In this document: positions 49,510-57,764 of the stretch, piece after piece | Layout of the letters: the number at the start of each line of letters is the position of its first letter | Numbering within the stretch: the stretch's first letter is position 1 | Assembly (NCBI GenBank): GCA_963664435.2 | Contig: CAXXKM010000003.1 | Coordinates: forward strand, 960,001 to 1,024,000 | DNA: 64,000 nt | Source of the DNA: Longimicrobiales bacterium | GTDB lineage: Bacteria > Gemmatimonadota > Gemmatimonadetes > Longimicrobiales > Gaopeijiaceae | Direction of reading: 5' to 3' | Made by a program: the position numbers and the translations under genes | Notes under the pieces: model-generated | The model's database searches: none | The model's input: only the letters and a program-made list of their open reading frames with translations | Told to the model about the DNA's origin: nothing

Positions 49510-51420
49510 TCATCGGTCCTCAGCCTTCAGCCATCGGGCGAACCACGCTTCCAGCCGCCGGTACATGTCCACCCGGTTCATCGGATCGCGGAAGCCGTGC
49601 GGTTCGCCGGGATAGGAGTGGCTCTCGAACACCTTCCCTTCCCTCTCGAGTATTTGCACGGCCAGCTCATACTGACGGAACGGGGCGCGTACGTCCTCCT
49701 CTCCGTGCATGATCAGGGTTGGCGTGACGATGTCGGGCACGCGCGCCAGCGTATTGCTGACGGCGTAGACGTCGGGCCGCTCCTCGGGTGCGCCCCCGTG
49801 TCCGGTCCTGATGAAGATCCTGCCCAGCCGGTCCGCGTTGGTGTAGGCGTCGGCGAAGTCGTAGATGCCCGCCATGGGCACGGCGGCGTCGAAGGCGTCG
49901 GGCGCGCGGGCGATGGCCGCCATGCTCTGGATGCCCCCGTAGCTGTACCCGTAGATGCCGATCCTGCCGTTGGACCATAGCTGCGCCCGCAGGAAGTCGG
50001 CCGCCGCGGCGGCGTCGAGAGCCTGCCCGTTGGCCCAGTCCTCCACGCCCAGGTCCTGGAACTCCCGCCCGAAGCCGGAGCCGCCCCGGTAGTTGACGGC
50101 CAGCACCACATACCCCAGTTGCGCCAGGTACTGCTCGGTGAGGCTCAGCCCCTTGAGGTAGGAATTGGTGCCGCCTCCATGGACCATGACCAGTGCGGGA
50201 TAGGTCGCAGGGCCGTCTGATGCCGCCGTGCCGTTCTGTTCGGGGAAGCCCGGGGGGCGGAAGAGAAAGCCCTGGATGTAGAGGCCGTCCCAGCTCCGGT
50301 AGCTCACCTCCTCCGCCTCCACCAGCCCCTGCCAGCGGGTCGAGAAATGCGTGAGGCGGCGCGCCGCACCGCCCGCGGCCGGAACGTAGTCCACCTCCGT
50401 ACCGCGAGTCGACGTCGAACGCAGGAAGACGAAGGCGGAGCCGTCCGCGGTCGCGTGGTAGGCGCGGAAGGACCCGCCCATGTTCGTCACCCGCGTGGCA
50501 ACGCCGCCGGCCGCCGGCACCCGCCACAACTCCACCTCGCCCCGCTCGTGATAGGGGAAGAAGAGTTCCGAGCCGTCGGCCGACCAGCTGACGGTGTGGT
50601 TGTGCAGCCAGTCGGTGGCGTGAACCTGCATGGCAACGATCTCCTCCGTGCCCGCTTCCGGGTCGAGGAGGTAGATGTAGGCGAGGTCCTCGTACCAGTA
50701 CTCGTCCTTCGAGGTGCCGAGCAGGGCGATGCGGGATCCGTCCGGCGACCACACCGGCGTGGAGGACGCCATCAGACCGCTGGAGAGCTGCTGCTCGGCG
50801 CCCGTCGCGACCTCCACCACCCGGATGTCGTCCGCCCAGTAGTCGCTCAGGTTCGAGTAGTAGGCGACGCGGGTCCCGTCCGGCGACCAGGCTGGAGCGA
50901 AGCGGAAGTCGTCCGCGGCCATGGAGGCGCGCGTGAGCTGGACCGCCGGGGCGGACCCGTCGGACGGAACGATCCAGATGTCCTGGTGGCCCGAGCGCCC
51001 GCTGTAGAAGGCGATGGTGCCTCCGTCCGGCGACGGCCGCGCGGCCCGCTCGTCGTCCGGGTCGTCGGTGATGCGGGTGGGCTCGCTCGATCCAACTTCC
51101 GCCCGCCACAGGTCCCCGCCGCGCGAGAAGACGATGCCGGACCCGTCGCCGAACCAGACCGGCGACGAGCCCTCCACCCACGGGGCAGGCGCGGGATCGC
51201 CATCCACCGCGACCAGAAAGATACCCGAGAAGTCCGCTGTGCCGGCACTGACCGCGACCCATGCCCCGTCGGGCGAGAGCGCGGCCTGACGGGCGCCCCG
51301 GTTGCGGGTGAAGATGTTCTCCCAGGTGAGAGGGAGTGCCCGGTCTTCGACCTCGGCGACGGGCGCCGCGCACGCAGGCAGCATCAGGACGAAGAGGAAC
51401 GTGCGGGATCCGATGTTCAT
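49510..51420 (-). CDS. S9 family peptidase lipoprotein with a PD40 propeller
   Basis: WSPDG repeats, VHGG, NYRGGSGFG, GYSYGG, HGEEDVR, EPHGF. Confidence 0.93.
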   Translation of the reverse strand: MNIGSRTFLFVLMLPACAAPVAEVEDRALPLTWENIFTRNRGARQAALSPDGAWVAVSAGTADFSGIFLVAVDGDPAPAPWVEGSSPVWFGDGSGIVFSRGGDLWRAEVGSSEPTRITDDPDDERAARPSPDGGTIAFYSGRSGHQDIWIVPSDGSAPAVQLTRASMAADDFRFAPAWSPDGTRVAYYSNLSDYWADDIRVVEVATGAEQQLSSGLMASSTPVWSPDGSRIALLGTSKDEYWYEDLAYIYLLDPEAGTEEIVAMQVHATDWLHNHTVSWSADGSELFFPYHERGEVELWRVPAAGGVATRVTNMGGSFRAYHATADGSAFVFLRSTSTRGTEVDYVPAAGGAARRLTHFSTRWQGLVEAEEVSYRSWDGLYIQGFLFRPPGFPEQNGTAASDGPATYPALVMVHGGGTNSYLKGLSLTEQYLAQLGYVVLAVNYRGGSGFGREFQDLGVEDWANGQALDAAAAADFLRAQLWSNGRIGIYGYSYGGIQSMAAIARAPDAFDAAVPMAGIYDFADAYTNADRLGRIFIRTGHGGAPEERPDVYAVSNTLARVPDIVTPTLIMHGEEDVRAPFRQYELAVQILEREGKVFESHSYPGEPHGFRDPMNRVDMYRRLEAWFARWLKAEDR

Positions 51421-51594
51421 GGGCGGTCTCCCGGGTTGGTTGCGCTGGGCGGGCAACCTACAATAGGGGCCTGCGAGCGGCCCGGCATCCGGCGGGGCGC
51501 GAGGGAGACCGCTCTTCCCCGTACCGCCCCCGGCATTCACGGACCACCCTGCCCATTCGCGCGACCCCGAACCACCGCCACCCGGGAGAGATCG

Positions 51595-52416
51595 ATGAGC
51601 GAGCGCACCTCCGACGCGAACCGGGGGAGCGATTCCGCACCCCCCGAGGTCGCGCTTTCCATCCACATCGAGGCCAGCCCCGACACCGTCTGGAGCATCC
51701 TCACCGAGCCGGAGCGCTTCTCGGCCTGGATGGGCGGTCAGGTCTCCTTCGAGACCCGGGTCGGGAGCCCTTACCAGGCCCTGTTCCCGCAATACCGGAT
51801 GGTGCTCGCCGGCGAAGTGCTCGACTTCGATGACCTGCAACGCCGATTCGTGCTCTCCTGGGGCATCGAGTCGGGCCCGCAGGCGGACACAATGCCCGCC
51901 GCCTCGTCGCGGGTGGAGTTCCGGGTGACCGACGGCAAGGGCGGCGCGCACGTCGACGTGCGCCACAGTGGATTCCTCGCCGCCCGAACGGCGCGCGAGC
52001 ACGAGGACGGCTGGCGCTTCCACCTGGGCCGCCTGGCCCTGTCCGCCAACAGAACGGATCTGGCGGCGGGGCTGGCGCGCGCGCTGCCCGCCTGGTGGTC
52101 CGCCTGGAACGAGCCGGACGAAGCGGCCCGCCTCAAGTCGCTGCGCGCCTGCTGCGCGCCCGATCTCGAGTTCCGCGACGACTGGGCGGTGTTGCGCGGC
52201 ATCGAGCGCCTCAGCCTGCACATCGCCAACTGTCACAGCTTCATGCCCGGCTGGCGCATCGAGCCCACCGGCGATGTTCGCGTGTGCCGGGGCGAGGCGC
52301 TGGTGGGATGGCGCTCCTCGGCTCGGGGACAGGGCGCCCAGGAAGGCTTCAACCACGTGCGCGCCGACTACGACGGCACTCTGCGGCGGGTCGCCGGATT
52401 CCAGACCGCGGGTTGA
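51595..52416 (+). CDS. SRPBCC/AHSA1 domain fused to a SnoaL-like domain
   Basis: IHIEASPDTVWSILTEPERFSAW...HEDGW..HL, then AWNEPD..R...FRDD...VAGF. Confidence 0.8.
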   Translation: MSERTSDANRGSDSAPPEVALSIHIEASPDTVWSILTEPERFSAWMGGQVSFETRVGSPYQALFPQYRMVLAGEVLDFDDLQRRFVLSWGIESGPQADTMPAASSRVEFRVTDGKGGAHVDVRHSGFLAARTAREHEDGWRFHLGRLALSANRTDLAAGLARALPAWWSAWNEPDEAARLKSLRACCAPDLEFRDDWAVLRGIERLSLHIANCHSFMPGWRIEPTGDVRVCRGEALVGWRSSARGQGAQEGFNHVRADYDGTLRRVAGFQTAG

Positions 52417-52550
52417 GCGCCAGTGGGGAGCCCGCCTCGTGTGCGCGTCCCCTGCGCACATCCTAGAATGAGGATCGGCACGCGGCGCCACGGCAGTTGA
52501 CCGTCCCGGTACCGTGGCACGGCCGCAGAGGGGCTCGCACGGAGGCGGAT

Positions 52551-53372
52551 ATGCGGCAAGGATCGATCTGCAGGACACGTAGCATTTTCGCCGCACTTGT
52601 CGCGGCCGCCGGTCTCGCGGCGGCACCGCTGGCGGCCCAGGAGGCGCTCGCCTTCTCCGACGGGGAACTCGAGCGCGGGCAACGGCTCTACCAGGCCCAC
52701 TGCGGGCGCTGCCACGGCGTCCTCGGGATGGGCGGCGAGGGACCGGGGCTGGCGGTCAGCCGCCTGCCGCGCGCGCCGGACCACGCAGCCGTCATCGACG
52801 TCATCCGCAATGGAATCCCCGGCACCGGCATGCCGGGCCTGCGCGCCACCGTGCTCCCCGACGAGGAAGCCGCCCTGGTCGCCGCGCACGTCATCTCGCT
52901 ACGCGAGGCGCAGCTCGTCGAGATCCCCGGCGACCCCGAGCGCGGCCGCCGGATCTTCGAGACCACGGGCGTGTGCTACTCGTGCCACATCGTCGAGGGG
53001 CGGGGGGTCGGGATCGGTCCCGAACTGACCGGCATCGGCATGCGCCGGGGTCCCGGGTACCTGCGCGCCTCCCTGGTCGATCCCTCGGCGGAGCTTCCGG
53101 TCTTCCGCTCGGGGGCGCGCAGCGGGTTCGCCCGGTACCTGCCCCTGCGCGCCGTTACCCGCGACGGCACGGTGTACGAGGGCATGCGCGCCAACGAAGA
53201 CGCGTTCACGGTGCAACTCATCACCGGAACGGGTTCGATCGTGTCGCTGCGCAAGGCCGACCTGGCCGAGCTCGAGAAGCGTTTCGGGCACTCACTCATG
53301 CCGGCAACGGCAGGTCTTTCCAGCGAAGACGTCGACAATCTCATCGCATACCTGGCCAGCCTCGGAGGATGA
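52551..53372 (+). CDS. Dihaem c-type cytochrome, secreted
   Basis: CGRCH and CYSCH, GDPERG, IGPELTGIG, SLMP, NLIAYL. Confidence 0.9.
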   Translation: MRQGSICRTRSIFAALVAAAGLAAAPLAAQEALAFSDGELERGQRLYQAHCGRCHGVLGMGGEGPGLAVSRLPRAPDHAAVIDVIRNGIPGTGMPGLRATVLPDEEAALVAAHVISLREAQLVEIPGDPERGRRIFETTGVCYSCHIVEGRGVGIGPELTGIGMRRGPGYLRASLVDPSAELPVFRSGARSGFARYLPLRAVTRDGTVYEGMRANEDAFTVQLITGTGSIVSLRKADLAELEKRFGHSLMPATAGLSSEDVDNLIAYLASLGG

Positions 53373-55090
53373 GCATGATCCGGTTCGCAGCTATTCGGCC
53401 CGCAAGGCGCCTTGCCGGCCCTGCACTTCTCCGCTCTCGGTGCTCACGCGGATTCATCCACGGACTGCTGGTGTGCGCGATCCTCGTCCCGGGATGCCGG
53501 GCGGACCCGGAAGGCAGCGCCACGGAAGACCCTGCGGCGGACGGCACTCCCGGTCAGACCCACGTTCCCTTCGAGCGCCTCGTCAACGCCGACGCCGAGC
53601 CCCACAACTGGCTGACCTACTCGGGCAACTACGCATCCCACCGCTTTTCGCAACTCGATCAGATCGACCGCTCCAACGTCGGCGACCTCAAGGTGTTGTG
53701 GGCCTATCAGATGGACGACGGAATCATCGAGACGACGCCCCTCGCGGTGGACGGCATCCTGTACGTGACCGAGCCGCCGAGCACGGTGAGTGCCCTGGAT
53801 GCGCGTTCCGGACGCCGTCTCTGGACCTGGTCCCCGGAGATGGGGCCGGACGTGCTGAACATCGGCTTCCCGCGCGTGAACCGGGGGGTCGCGGTGCTTG
53901 ACTCGACGGTGTTCGTAGGAACGCTGAACGCACACCTGGTTGCCCTCGACGCCCGCTCGGGCGCCGTGCGCTGGGACGTCGAAGTCGGCGACAACGCCAT
54001 CGGCTTCTCGCTCACCCTGGCGCCGCTGGTGGTGAAGGACAAGGTAATCGTGGGCGTGTCCGGGGCGGAGGCCGGCGTGCGCGGCTACCTCGACGCCTAC
54101 GACGCCGAAACCGGCGAGCTGGCGTGGCGCACCTACACCATCCCCGCGCCCGGCGAGCCCGGGAGCGAGACCTGGGGCGGCAACAGCTGGGAGACCGGGG
54201 GCGGATCCACCTGGCTCACCGGCTCCTACGATCCCGAACTCGACCTGCTCTACTGGCCCATCGGCAACCCGGCGCCGGATTGGAACGGCGACGTCCGCCC
54301 CGGCGACAACCTCTACACGGACTGCCTGCTCGCCCTCGATCCCGACACCGGGGAGATGATCTGGTATTTCCAGTTCACCCCTCACGACACGCACGACTGG
54401 GACGCCAACCAGATCCAGGTGCTTCTGGACGCCGAATGGGAGGGCGAGCCGCGCAAGCTGGTGGTGACCGCCAACCGGAACGCCTTCTACTACGTCCTCG
54501 ACCGCGAGACGGGGGAGTTCCTCCACGCCAGGGAGTACTCGAAGCAGACCTGGGCGGAGGGCATCGACGAGAACGGGCGCCCGATCGTGATTCCGGGAAC
54601 CGACCCCACCGAGGAGGGTGTGCTCGTCTGGCCCAGCCTGCAGGGTTCGGCCAACTGGTTCAGCCCCAGCTACAGCCCCCGGACCGGGCTCTTCTACCAG
54701 CCCACCCGCATCATGGGAGCGGTCTACTTCAAGGCGGACGTAGAGTACGTGCCCGGACAGCCCTACACGGGCGGGGGCGAGCAGGCGCTGCGGGGCGAGG
54801 AGGCCAGCGGAGCCATCAAGGCGCTCGACGCCCTCACCGGCGAGCTCGTGTGGGAGTTCCCGCTGCTCTCCCCCCCGTGGTCAGGCGCGATGGCGACCGC
54901 AGGCGACCTCGTCTTCGGCGGGGACAACGAAGGCAACATCTTCGCCCTGGCCGCGGAAACCGGCGAGCCCCTGTGGAACTTCCAGTCGGGCGGGGCCGTG
55001 CGCAGCGGCCCGATGTCCTACGAGGTCGATGGCCGGCAGCGCATCGTGAGCTCGGCCGGCGGCACGCTCTTCGTGTTCGGGCTGGACTAG
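53369..55090 (+). CDS. PQQ-type quinoprotein alcohol dehydrogenase family lipoprotein
   Basis: NWLTYSG, ETTPL, VNRG, GAEAGVRG, GGSTW, GNPAP, QFTPHD; ATGA overlap with the cytochrome. Confidence 0.9.
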   Translation: MSMIRFAAIRPARRLAGPALLRSRCSRGFIHGLLVCAILVPGCRADPEGSATEDPAADGTPGQTHVPFERLVNADAEPHNWLTYSGNYASHRFSQLDQIDRSNVGDLKVLWAYQMDDGIIETTPLAVDGILYVTEPPSTVSALDARSGRRLWTWSPEMGPDVLNIGFPRVNRGVAVLDSTVFVGTLNAHLVALDARSGAVRWDVEVGDNAIGFSLTLAPLVVKDKVIVGVSGAEAGVRGYLDAYDAETGELAWRTYTIPAPGEPGSETWGGNSWETGGGSTWLTGSYDPELDLLYWPIGNPAPDWNGDVRPGDNLYTDCLLALDPDTGEMIWYFQFTPHDTHDWDANQIQVLLDAEWEGEPRKLVVTANRNAFYYVLDRETGEFLHAREYSKQTWAEGIDENGRPIVIPGTDPTEEGVLVWPSLQGSANWFSPSYSPRTGLFYQPTRIMGAVYFKADVEYVPGQPYTGGGEQALRGEEASGAIKALDALTGELVWEFPLLSPPWSGAMATAGDLVFGGDNEGNIFALAAETGEPLWNFQSGGAVRSGPMSYEVDGRQRIVSSAGGTLFVFGLD

Positions 55091-55124
55091 CCGCACGCGC
55101 CCCCTCCAGGCGGCGTGATTCGCG

Positions 55125-56228
55125 TTAGCAGGCTCCTCCGGCCCGCAGGGGGCGCGAGGGCACGTAGCGCACCAGGCGCATGCGGTTGACCTCGCCCGCG
55201 TAGATGTTGCCGTCGAAATCGACGCCCAGGAACTCGATCCCCGGCCCCACGTTCACGTCGTGCTGGGGCACGAAGCAGGTCACCCAGGCCTGCTCGGTCC
55301 TCAGGTCGCCGATGCGGATGCCCTTCTCCCAGCCGAAGTTGCTGCGCCAGGGGTCCGGGGGTCCGGTGCGCAGGTCGCCCGACAGCCCGTCGCCGGCATA
55401 CAGGATGTCGTTCCCGTCGATGAAGAGGCCGCTGGGCTTGCCGTAGTGGGTCCAGATGTACAGCAGATTCCCGTCGTCGTCGAAGACCTGGATGCGGCTG
55501 TTGCCGCGGTCGGCGACGTAGACGCGCCCGCGTGAGTCGATCTTGATGTCGTGCGGGTCGCTGAAGCCGCCCGGCTCGCGGCTCTCCGACCCGACGCCGC
55601 CCCCGACGGCCAGCACGAAGCTCCCCTCCCCCGTTAGTTTCACGATGCGGTTGTTGCCGCCCCGGTGCCCATCCGCTACCCAGATGTCCCCGCCGGGCGA
55701 GATCGCCACCCCCGACGGCCCGTTGAAGTGCGTCTCGTCCTCCCCGTGCACTCCCGCCTCCCCGATTCGCATCACCACCTCGCCCTGCCGGGTGAGCCTG
55801 AAGACCTGGTGGCCCATCCCCATGCTCTCGCCCAGTGCGGCGCGCGCATCCCCGTGCGCCCCTCCTTCGCTCACCCACAGGAATCCCTCGTGGTCGAGCG
55901 CGAAGCCGTGCGGGAAGGCGAACAGTCCCGCCCCGAAGCTCTCCACCAGGTTGCCCTCCAGATCGAATTTCAGGATCGGGTCGATGTCGGTGCCGGCGCA
56001 CTGGTTGGCGCCGCAGCGGTCGAGGATCCACAGGTGCTCGCCATCCGGATCCGGGATGACGCCGCTCACGATCCCGAGCGTGCGCCCCTCCGGAAGCTGT
56101 TCCCAGCCCAGCGTGGCCCGGTACGGGTTCGGGGCGCTGGTCTGGGCGACGAGGGCGTCACCGACCCAGCTCGCGGACGCGACAAGAATCAGGGAAGGAA
56201 TCCAGCCCGTTCGCTGTGCTTTACCCAT
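55125..56228 (-). CDS. NHL-repeat protein (PAL-like)
   Basis: DRCGANQC, FPHG, FNGPSG, WVADGH, PHDI..D.RGRVYVADRGNSRIQ. Confidence 0.88.
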   Translation of the reverse strand: MGKAQRTGWIPSLILVASASWVGDALVAQTSAPNPYRATLGWEQLPEGRTLGIVSGVIPDPDGEHLWILDRCGANQCAGTDIDPILKFDLEGNLVESFGAGLFAFPHGFALDHEGFLWVSEGGAHGDARAALGESMGMGHQVFRLTRQGEVVMRIGEAGVHGEDETHFNGPSGVAISPGGDIWVADGHRGGNNRIVKLTGEGSFVLAVGGGVGSESREPGGFSDPHDIKIDSRGRVYVADRGNSRIQVFDDDGNLLYIWTHYGKPSGLFIDGNDILYAGDGLSGDLRTGPPDPWRSNFGWEKGIRIGDLRTEQAWVTCFVPQHDVNVGPGIEFLGVDFDGNIYAGEVNRMRLVRYVPSRPLRAGGAC

Positions 56229-56405
56229 TTGGCGTTCCTCCGGTTTGCGTGGCCCTGGGGCGTGATCCTCGGCCGCGTGGTCCTCGGCGGCGATCCGGGG
56301 CAATGTACGCAGCCGGGCGAAAATGCGCCGGAACAGGGAAACCATTATCCCCGCGGGATCGTATCAGACAAGGTTGTCCCGCACCCGATCCCCTCCAGGA
56401 CAGCG

Positions 56406-57764
56406 ATGCCTCCGCAAGCGACCGGCTGGACGCTCCTCCGCTGGACCCTCGTTCTCTCCACGTTCGTTGCGGCGCCCGCGTCCGCCCAGGGCACGGACCG
56501 CATCTGGGGCCGCGTGCACACCACCGAAGGCGAGGTGCATAGCGGGTTCATTCGCTGGGACGAGACCGCAGCCAGCTGGGCCGACATCCTCGAGGCGCGC
56601 AAGGAGCTTCCCGAGGAAAACTATTTCGCGTGGCTGGAGGCCCATGACCGGGAGCGAGCGACGCGAACCATCGAGCTCCGCGGCTATCGCATCACCTGGG
56701 ACGAGGTCGATCCCGACTTTCCAATGGAAGTCCTCTCCGGAGTGCGTTTCGGCCACCTGGATTCGCTGGTCGTGCTCGACGGTGACCATGCGGAAGTGAC
56801 GCTGCGCTCCGGCAGGCGCCTCCGGCTCGAGCCCCGTGGAGGCAGCCGCGGGAGCTCTTCGCCCGATGTTCACGTCGAGGTGCCGCGCGAGATCGAGGTG
56901 GAGGTCGAGTGGGACGAACTGGAACGGGTGGTGTTCTCCACGCCTCCGCCGACCGCATACCCCGCCGCGCGCCGGCTTCACGGGACTGCCGAGGACGGGA
57001 ACGGCAACCGGGTCGCCGGCTACCTCGCCTGGGATCTGGACGAGATTCTCGAGTCCGACGTGCTCAACGGCCGCGAGACGCGCCGCCCCAACGAACGGAG
57101 GATCCGCTTCGAGGAAATCCGCTCGCTTGCGCGCACCGGCCGCGGCACCAGAGTAGAGCTGAGCGCCGGCGGCACGCTGGAGCTCGACGGCGCCAACGAC
57201 GTCGACAGGGGCAATCGCGGACTGCGGATCGCGGATCCCCGGCTGGGCGTGGTGGTGATGCCGTGGGAGCACCTGAAGGCAGTGCGCTTCCACGAGGCCG
57301 GAGACACGGTTGGCGGGGGCGGCGGGACGAACGGCGGGATCCGCGGGACTTTCGGAGAGCGCAGCGGCTTCGACGGTGGACGCCTGCTCGCCGGCACGGT
57401 GGTCACCCATGAGGGCGAGGAACTTCAGGGCCGCCTTCGCTGGGACGCGGACGAGGCGGGCAGCTGGGACATCCTCAACGGAGAGGCCGAAGGGATCGAG
57501 TATGAGATTGAATTCAGCTTCGTCCGGCGGATCGAGCCGGGCGACGAAGACGGAGCCACAGTGACGCTCGCCGACGGGCGCAGGCTGGAGCTCGCCGGTC
57601 CCCGGGATGTGAGCTCGGACAACAAGGGCGTGATGGTGGCGACCGGGGAGAACTCAGGGGCTCCCGGCGGTAGCCCAATCTGGCGCCTGATCCCGTGGGA
57701 CGACATCCGCGAAGTGCGCTTCGACCCCGGCTCGGCGGCACCCGACAGTTCGGAGGGCTCATGA
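56406..57764 (+). CDS. Secreted hypothetical protein with three internal repeats
   Basis: Signal peptide ending ASA-Q; three G.V.T..G....G...WD modules. Confidence 0.8.
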   Translation: MPPQATGWTLLRWTLVLSTFVAAPASAQGTDRIWGRVHTTEGEVHSGFIRWDETAASWADILEARKELPEENYFAWLEAHDRERATRTIELRGYRITWDEVDPDFPMEVLSGVRFGHLDSLVVLDGDHAEVTLRSGRRLRLEPRGGSRGSSSPDVHVEVPREIEVEVEWDELERVVFSTPPPTAYPAARRLHGTAEDGNGNRVAGYLAWDLDEILESDVLNGRETRRPNERRIRFEEIRSLARTGRGTRVELSAGGTLELDGANDVDRGNRGLRIADPRLGVVVMPWEHLKAVRFHEAGDTVGGGGGTNGGIRGTFGERSGFDGGRLLAGTVVTHEGEELQGRLRWDADEAGSWDILNGEAEGIEYEIEFSFVRRIEPGDEDGATVTLADGRRLELAGPRDVSSDNKGVMVATGENSGAPGGSPIWRLIPWDDIREVRFDPGSAAPDSSEGS

